DNA of 32,000 nucleotides from Pseudomonas aeruginosa (GTDB lineage Bacteria; Pseudomonadota; Gammaproteobacteria; Pseudomonadales; Pseudomonadaceae): NCBI RefSeq assembly GCF_001457615.1, contig NZ_LN831024.1, positions 3,660,001 to 3,692,000 of the forward strand, read 5' to 3'. Shown piece by piece: positions 27,045 to 32,000 of this stretch (position 1 is its first letter; each line of letters starts with the position of its first letter). The notes under the pieces were generated by a model. It saw only the letters and a program-made list of their open reading frames with translations, ran no database searches and was not told where the DNA came from. The position numbers and the translations under genes were made by a program.

Positions 27045-27769
27045 TGGCGGATCACCACGGCCGTCAGGTTGTCCCGTGCGGCGCCGCTCAGGGCACCGTC
27101 GAACAGCCGCTCCACCGCCACCTGCGGCGATGCCAGGCTCAACGCGCGACCCAGCGCATCGGCGCTCAGCTCTTCGTAGAGCCCGTCGCTGCAGAGCAGG
27201 AAGACATCCCCGGGATGCACCTCCAGTTCCAACACGTCCAGCACCAGTTGTTCGCTGGCGCCGACGGCACGGGTCAGCGCGCGCGCCGAGGGATAGGCGC
27301 GGGCCTGCTCGATATCCATCCGCCGTTCGTCGACCAGTCGCTGCAACAGCGAGTGGTCGCGGGACAGCTGGTACAGCCGCTGGCCGCGCCACAGGTAGCA
27401 GCGGCTGTCGCCGACCCACACGCAGGCCGCCCGCGACCCCTCCACGACCAGCGCCACCACCGTACTGCCGATGATCCTGTCGCCGCGTTCGGCGCTGAGG
27501 GTGAGTTCCTCGCCCAGGCGCCGGTTGAGCCAGTGCAGGCACTGGCGCATCGCGTTCAGGCGCTCGTCGAATCCCGCCCGGGCCGGCAGTTCCGCCAGGC
27601 TGGTGACGATCATCCGGCTGGCCAGGTCGCCGGCCTGGTGCCCGCCCATGCCATCGGCGACCGCCCAGAGCCCGCGATCCGGGCAGTCCAGGAAGGCATC
27701 CTCGTTGCGCGCGCGGACCTTGCCGCGATCCGTGCGCGCCGCGCTGCGCCAGGGCTCGGTGCGTTGCAT
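27041..27769 (-). CDS. stp1: PP2C-family Ser/Thr phosphatase Stp1
   Basis: 242-aa ORF with PP2C motifs (RARNEDAF, AVADGMGGHQAGDLAS, LLCSDGLY, DNLTAVVI). Its start overlaps the tssM2 stop by 1 nt. Confidence 0.93.
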   Translation of the reverse strand: MQRTEPWRSAARTDRGKVRARNEDAFLDCPDRGLWAVADGMGGHQAGDLASRMIVTSLAELPARAGFDERLNAMRQCLHWLNRRLGEELTLSAERGDRIIGSTVVALVVEGSRAACVWVGDSRCYLWRGQRLYQLSRDHSLLQRLVDERRMDIEQARAYPSARALTRAVGASEQLVLDVLELEVHPGDVFLLCSDGLYEELSADALGRALSLASPQVAVERLFDGALSGAARDNLTAVVIRQ

Positions 27770-30700
27770 CAGAGCTGCACCGGCATGCGGAAGCTGCGCA
27801 GGACCGCGAGATCGAACGGATTCGGCGTGCGCTGGGCGAGCAGCAGGTAGTTGGCGCGCAGGCCGCCCAGGTCGGCCTTGAGCACCATCACGTCACGCCC
27901 GCTGAGGTACTCGGTCTGCATCAGGTCGAACAGCCTGAACAGCGACCAGGGCCCGGTATTGCGTTCGATTCCCACCGGTCGTCCGGCCATCTTCTCCAGC
28001 ACCAGGCTGGTGCGGCCGCCGTCGGCGTCGCTGGGCCACTTGAACGACATCGGCACGATCGGGCCGTGGCGGTACTCCATGGACTGACCGTCGAAACGGA
28101 ACTCGGCGCGGCTGACGCCAGGATCGAGGGTATAGGGCTCCAGGCGGAAGCGCACCTGTGGCTCGGCCGGGTTCTCGGCGAAGAAGCTCTGGCGGATCAC
28201 CTGGGCCGTGCCCATCTGGTCGAGATAGACCTTGGACATCGGCAGGCTGTAACCGTCCACGCTGCGCAGGCGGTAACTGCCCGGGTCGCCGCTGACGAAG
28301 GGCCGCATGTAGGTTTCGAAGAAGCGTTCGGCGACGCCCTGCGCCTTGAAGAACTCGCGGAAATCGCTGACCGCGACATCGCTGGCGCTGTGCGCGTTGA
28401 ACGGGTAGCGCTTGTTGATCGCCTTGCTGTAGAAACCGTACAGCTCGCTCTGGTAGCGCTGGTTGAGGTACAGGTAGGCATCGCCGAGGACCAGCCGCCA
28501 GGCGTCTTCGGCCAGCACGCTGAACCATCCGCCGAGCGGTCGCGGCAGTCGCGCGGAGGCGTTGCGCAGGTTGCTCAGGGCATCGCGCTGGCCACCCATG
28601 CGGCTCTTCGCCATGTCGAAAGCCGCCTGCTCCGGCTGGCTGGCGCGCGCCAGTCCGGCGAGTTGCAACTGCAACTCGTTGAGCGCCTGCAACAGCGGGG
28701 TGAGGTCGGCCGCCGGGCCGTTGTTATCGTCGAGCAGGCGATGCAGGGGCTCGAAGCGGCGTTGCAGGGACTTCTTCGCGGTATCCGGCAGGTTCTTCGC
28801 CAACGCGTCCCTGGCCTTGCCGGCCGCCGCGGCGGCCGCCTTGCCCAGCTTGCCGCCCTTTTCCGCGGCCTTGTCGCTGGCCTCTGCCAGCGCCTCGGCG
28901 CTCTCCGCCAGGACCGGGAAACGGGTGTTCTCACGGACCTCCAGCAACAACTGGAGGATCGGCGAGTTGGCGGCGAGCAGCCCGGAAACCTGGTCGGCGC
29001 CCTCGCCGGCATCGTTGAACGGCAGCAGGCCCAGGCGTCCGACCGCCTCGCTCCAGAAGTTCGCGTAGTCGCGGAAATACAGCTGCTCGAGTTCGACCAT
29101 CAGGCGCCGCAGGTCCATGTCACTGATCCCGCTGCCCTCGCCCAGGACCCAGTTGTCGCGAAGGATGTCGTTGACCAGGCTGGCGCCCTGGACCACGAAG
29201 TATTGCTGGTAGCCCTGCTGGGTGTAGAACCCCGGGATCACGTAGTCGGTGCCGACGAACAGACCGGCCTGCGGCCCCAGGTGCTGGCCGAAGCGATACT
29301 CGGGCAGGCTTCGCGCCTGTTCGCGCAGCACCCGGTAGACCACGTTGGCCAGGGACTCGCTGCGCAGCACCTGGCGTGCCTGGGCCACCAGGGTCTCGTT
29401 CAGCGGATAGCTGAACGGTTGCTCGAGCAGACGGGCGAAATGCGTGTTCAGGCCATTCTGCACGGTGCCGTTGCCGGCATAGCGCTGCGACCAGTCGGTA
29501 GCCACCCAGTCCTTGAGCCATCCGTTCTCGCGGCGCTCGCGCAGATTCAGCATCAGGTAGGCCCGCAGGCTGTTGAGCAGGCGTTCGCGATTCTGCATGT
29601 TGCCGCGGATCTGCGCTTCGAGCATCCGCGCCACGCGCGGCAGCAGTTGCGTCTCCAGCTCGCGGCGATAGGCAGCGGCCAGCGGCGGGTTGACCTCGTT
29701 GCCCTGGTACAGCCCGGCGCGCTCGTGCAGCGAGACTTCCCCTTTGGGCGGAAACACGGTGGTCGCCGCATAGCTGCTATCCAGCGTCTTCAGCGCCGCC
29801 ATGGCGTCGTCGCGCTCGCCAAGCGCCTGGCGCTGCTGGGCCCATTGCTGCGCCAGCTCGCGGACCCGCTCCAGGCGCTCGTGGTTGGCCGAGAAACCGC
29901 CAGCCCAGAGCAGGCCGAATAGCAGAAGGAGCGCCAGCGAACCGACGTACAGGGCGCGCTGGCCCCAGTGGATGCGCGTGCGTTCGCGGCGATCGAGACC
30001 TGCCAGGTTGGCCTCGGGGAAGATCACCTGGCTCAGCAGGTGATGGATGAAGCGCGAGCGCCCGTTGCGCAGGGTCGGCAGCAGGCCGCTGGCGATCCCC
30101 AGGTTGGCGCCGATGCCGGCGGTGTCCTCGTCCAGCTGCTGGGCCAGGTGCGGCGCGCTGGTCAGGTAGAAGCCGCGCAGGCGGCTGGCGCGCTGGTAGC
30201 GGTTGCCGGTGAAGGCGAGTTCGACGAACAGGCACAACCGCTCGCCGATCTGGCCAAGCTGGTGCGGGAAGTCCAGGATGCGACCGCGACGCAGGGTATC
30301 GCGCTCCTGGTGGATGCGCATGATCACCTGGCTGTTCAGGCGTCGCAGAAGGTCCTCGAACGCCTGGCGCAGGACCGTCACATCGGTGCCGTTCTGCTCC
30401 TTGCCGAAGCTGGTGCCCAGAACCTGGTCGCTCTCCTCGCGGCTCAACTGGTCGAAGAACTCGTCGAAGCCGAGCAACTGGTCGGCCTTGCTCAGCACCA
30501 GGTAGACCGGCAGATCGAGGTGCAGGGTCTGCTGGATTTCCTGCAGGCGCGCACGCACCTGGCGAGCCAGCGTATCCAGCGCCATCTCGTCGTCACTGAG
30601 CAACGTTTCTACCGGAATCGACACCATCACGCCATTCAGCGGCCGTGCGCGGCGGCGCTTGCGCAACAGGCCGAGCAGGGTCGCCCAGGCGCCCCCGTCG

Positions 30701-31296
30701 ACCTCGCCGTCGGCTTGGGTCAGGTAGCGCCCGGCGGTGTCGATCAGGACGCCGTGGTCGGCGAAGTACCAGTCGCAGTAGCGCGTGCCGGCGGTGTCGC
30801 GGGTCAGCTTGCGGTCGATCCGGTTGATCGGGAATTCCAGTCCGGAAAAGTCCAGCAGGCTGGTCTTGCCGCTTCCCTGCGGGCCGATCAGCAGGTACCA
30901 GGGCAGCTCGTTGCGCCAGCGCTCGCTGCGACCGCGGTACAGGCTGGAGGTCTTCAGGGTGCGCAAGGCGTCCTTGAAGCGGCTGCGCAATTCCTTCTGT
31001 TCGTCTTCGATCAGACCGTCGCGGCGCAGGCGCTCCTGGCCCTCGTCGCTGTCCTCGACGGCCTTGCGCCGCACTCCGGCGCGCCAGCTGACGAAGACCA
31101 TCGCCAGCCCCCAGACCAGGAACATCAGGCTGATGCTCAGCAACCGCGAGGTCGGGCTTTCCCAGAACTTGTAGTCGGCGACCGCCAGCAGCGGCCCGAC
31201 GAACCACACCAGCAATGCCGCCAGGAGTACCAGCAACAGCGTCCAGACCCACGTCTTGCGCAGGAAGGCGCCGACTTTCTTGAAGAAGTTTTTCAT
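27769..31296 (-). CDS. tssM2: T6SS membrane-complex protein TssM2 (IcmF2)
   Basis: 1175-aa ORF with N-terminal TM helices and Walker A LLIGPQGSGKTSLL, and IcmF-like sequence throughout. It sits between tssL2 and stp1. Confidence 0.95.
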   Translation of the reverse strand: MKNFFKKVGAFLRKTWVWTLLLVLLAALLVWFVGPLLAVADYKFWESPTSRLLSISLMFLVWGLAMVFVSWRAGVRRKAVEDSDEGQERLRRDGLIEDEQKELRSRFKDALRTLKTSSLYRGRSERWRNELPWYLLIGPQGSGKTSLLDFSGLEFPINRIDRKLTRDTAGTRYCDWYFADHGVLIDTAGRYLTQADGEVDGGAWATLLGLLRKRRRARPLNGVMVSIPVETLLSDDEMALDTLARQVRARLQEIQQTLHLDLPVYLVLSKADQLLGFDEFFDQLSREESDQVLGTSFGKEQNGTDVTVLRQAFEDLLRRLNSQVIMRIHQERDTLRRGRILDFPHQLGQIGERLCLFVELAFTGNRYQRASRLRGFYLTSAPHLAQQLDEDTAGIGANLGIASGLLPTLRNGRSRFIHHLLSQVIFPEANLAGLDRRERTRIHWGQRALYVGSLALLLLFGLLWAGGFSANHERLERVRELAQQWAQQRQALGERDDAMAALKTLDSSYAATTVFPPKGEVSLHERAGLYQGNEVNPPLAAAYRRELETQLLPRVARMLEAQIRGNMQNRERLLNSLRAYLMLNLRERRENGWLKDWVATDWSQRYAGNGTVQNGLNTHFARLLEQPFSYPLNETLVAQARQVLRSESLANVVYRVLREQARSLPEYRFGQHLGPQAGLFVGTDYVIPGFYTQQGYQQYFVVQGASLVNDILRDNWVLGEGSGISDMDLRRLMVELEQLYFRDYANFWSEAVGRLGLLPFNDAGEGADQVSGLLAANSPILQLLLEVRENTRFPVLAESAEALAEASDKAAEKGGKLGKAAAAAAGKARDALAKNLPDTAKKSLQRRFEPLHRLLDDNNGPAADLTPLLQALNELQLQLAGLARASQPEQAAFDMAKSRMGGQRDALSNLRNASARLPRPLGGWFSVLAEDAWRLVLGDAYLYLNQRYQSELYGFYSKAINKRYPFNAHSASDVAVSDFREFFKAQGVAERFFETYMRPFVSGDPGSYRLRSVDGYSLPMSKVYLDQMGTAQVIRQSFFAENPAEPQVRFRLEPYTLDPGVSRAEFRFDGQSMEYRHGPIVPMSFKWPSDADGGRTSLVLEKMAGRPVGIERNTGPWSLFRLFDLMQTEYLSGRDVMVLKADLGGLRANYLLLAQRTPNPFDLAVLRSFRMPVQL

Positions 31297-31311
31297 TTCG
31301 CGTCCCTGTGT

Positions 31312-32000
31312 TTACGAACCGGGCTGTCCTGCCGCCGCATCGAGCGACTGGTAAGGCTGCAGCACCGTGTCGCGTTGTTCGCCGAGAACCCAGGCGAATC
31401 CCGAATACATCACCACCAGGCAGACCAGGGTGAACAGCGCCACCATCCACCAGGGCACGATCCGCACCAGGCCGCGACGCTGGTCGCTGAGCCCCTGCCA
31501 GTGCGGCGACAGTTCGCGCGGCACGTCGCCGCGCAACTGGCGGATCTGCCGGTAGAGCGCGTCGGAAATACCGTCCAGGTCGAGCACGCCGCGGGCCATC
31601 ACCCGGTACTTGCCCTCGAAGCCGAGGGCCAGGCAGAGGTACATCAGCTCCAGCATCGGCAGGTGCTTGACCGGGTTCTTCGACAGCCGGTCGAGCAACT
31701 GGAAGAACTTCTCGCCGCCGAAGGTCTCGTTATGGAAGCTGCTCAGCAGGCTGATCTTCGACCATTCGCTTTCGTTGCCCCACGGGGTGGTCACCACCGC
31801 CTCGTCGACCACCGTGCACAGCACGTAGCGCGCCGCCATGACCTGGCTGTTTTCCACGCCATCCTGCACGGCGCGGAATTCGAAGAGCTTCATGGCGGAG
31901 GTCAACCGCTCCTTGAGCGCCGCAAGGTTCTCCAGCACGGTGCTGTGCTTGAGCCGGACCACTTCCGAAAGCAGTTCGGAAGCCGCCGCCACCAGCGGGT
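31312..32000 (-). CDS. tssL2: T6SS membrane-complex protein TssL2 (DotU2), 3' part; the gene continues beyond the right edge
   Basis: DotU-family sequence ...ARYVLCTVVDEAVVTTPWGNESEWSKISLLSSFHNETFGGEKFFQLLDRL...LELMYLCLALGFEGKY... with a C-terminal TM helix (WWMVALFTLVCLVVMYSGFAWV). The reading frame is open to position 32000. Confidence 0.92.
   Translation of the reverse strand, partial: PLVAAASELLSEVVRLKHSTVLENLAALKERLTSAMKLFEFRAVQDGVENSQVMAARYVLCTVVDEAVVTTPWGNESEWSKISLLSSFHNETFGGEKFFQLLDRLSKNPVKHLPMLELMYLCLALGFEGKYRVMARGVLDLDGISDALYRQIRQLRGDVPRELSPHWQGLSDQRRGLVRIVPWWMVALFTLVCLVVMYSGFAWVLGEQRDTVLQPYQSLDAAAGQPGS

Noticed and set aside
27045-27542. N-terminal extension making stk1 a 495-aa protein
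   Set aside because: The extension lies entirely inside stp1 in another frame and encodes Arg/Gly/Pro-rich junk. The ATG at 27044 forms an ATGA junction with the stp1 stop and gives a complete kinase domain.

Overview
GC-rich sequence (very strong G/C preference at codon position 3) of Pseudomonas aeruginosa type. Gene content and order match, in reverse complement, what I remember as PAO1 PA1703 -> PA1668; locus numbers and reference lengths are from memory, not from a search.

The window has three blocks:

1. 1-9901: core of the type III secretion (T3SS) locus. pcrD (5' part), pcr4, pcr3, pcr2, pcr1 and popN lie on the minus strand. A 190-bp divergent control region carries two back-to-back ExsA-type promoters. 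pscN-O-P-Q-R-S-T-U follow on the plus strand, nearly all joined by ATGA or other short overlaps.

2. 10007-26027: ordinary core genes. These are an LtaS/OpgB-like membrane transferase plus a membrane-anchored beta-propeller protein, speE, alkA, a tiny PLDc_N-type membrane protein, and the methionine-salvage genes mtnC/mtnD/mtnB. Next come an MFS transporter, aroC, a secreted alpha/beta hydrolase, a hypothetical protein, prmB, an isochorismatase-family protein and a small membrane protein. The block ends with an Smr-domain protein, folE, a bacteriohemerythrin with an Anr box, and a VOC/glyoxalase protein.

3. 26055-32000: distal end of the H2 type VI secretion cluster, with stk1, stp1, tssM2 (icmF2) and tssL2 (dotU2, which runs off the window).

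I saw no rRNA, tRNA, CRISPR array, IS element, integrase or prophage signal. Many long ORFs in the supplied track are antisense or out-of-frame artefacts of the high GC content.

The most unusual observation is that the T3SS ruler gene pscP is not one ORF here. Its N-terminal ruler part and its C-terminal T3S4 domain are in different frames (5114..6225 = 1112 nt). The same gene carries a perfect (ACGCCA)x10 microsatellite.

I did not find convincing evidence for a previously undescribed multi-gene system. The remaining findings are small-scale: regulatory sites, an internal start, and poorly characterised genes.
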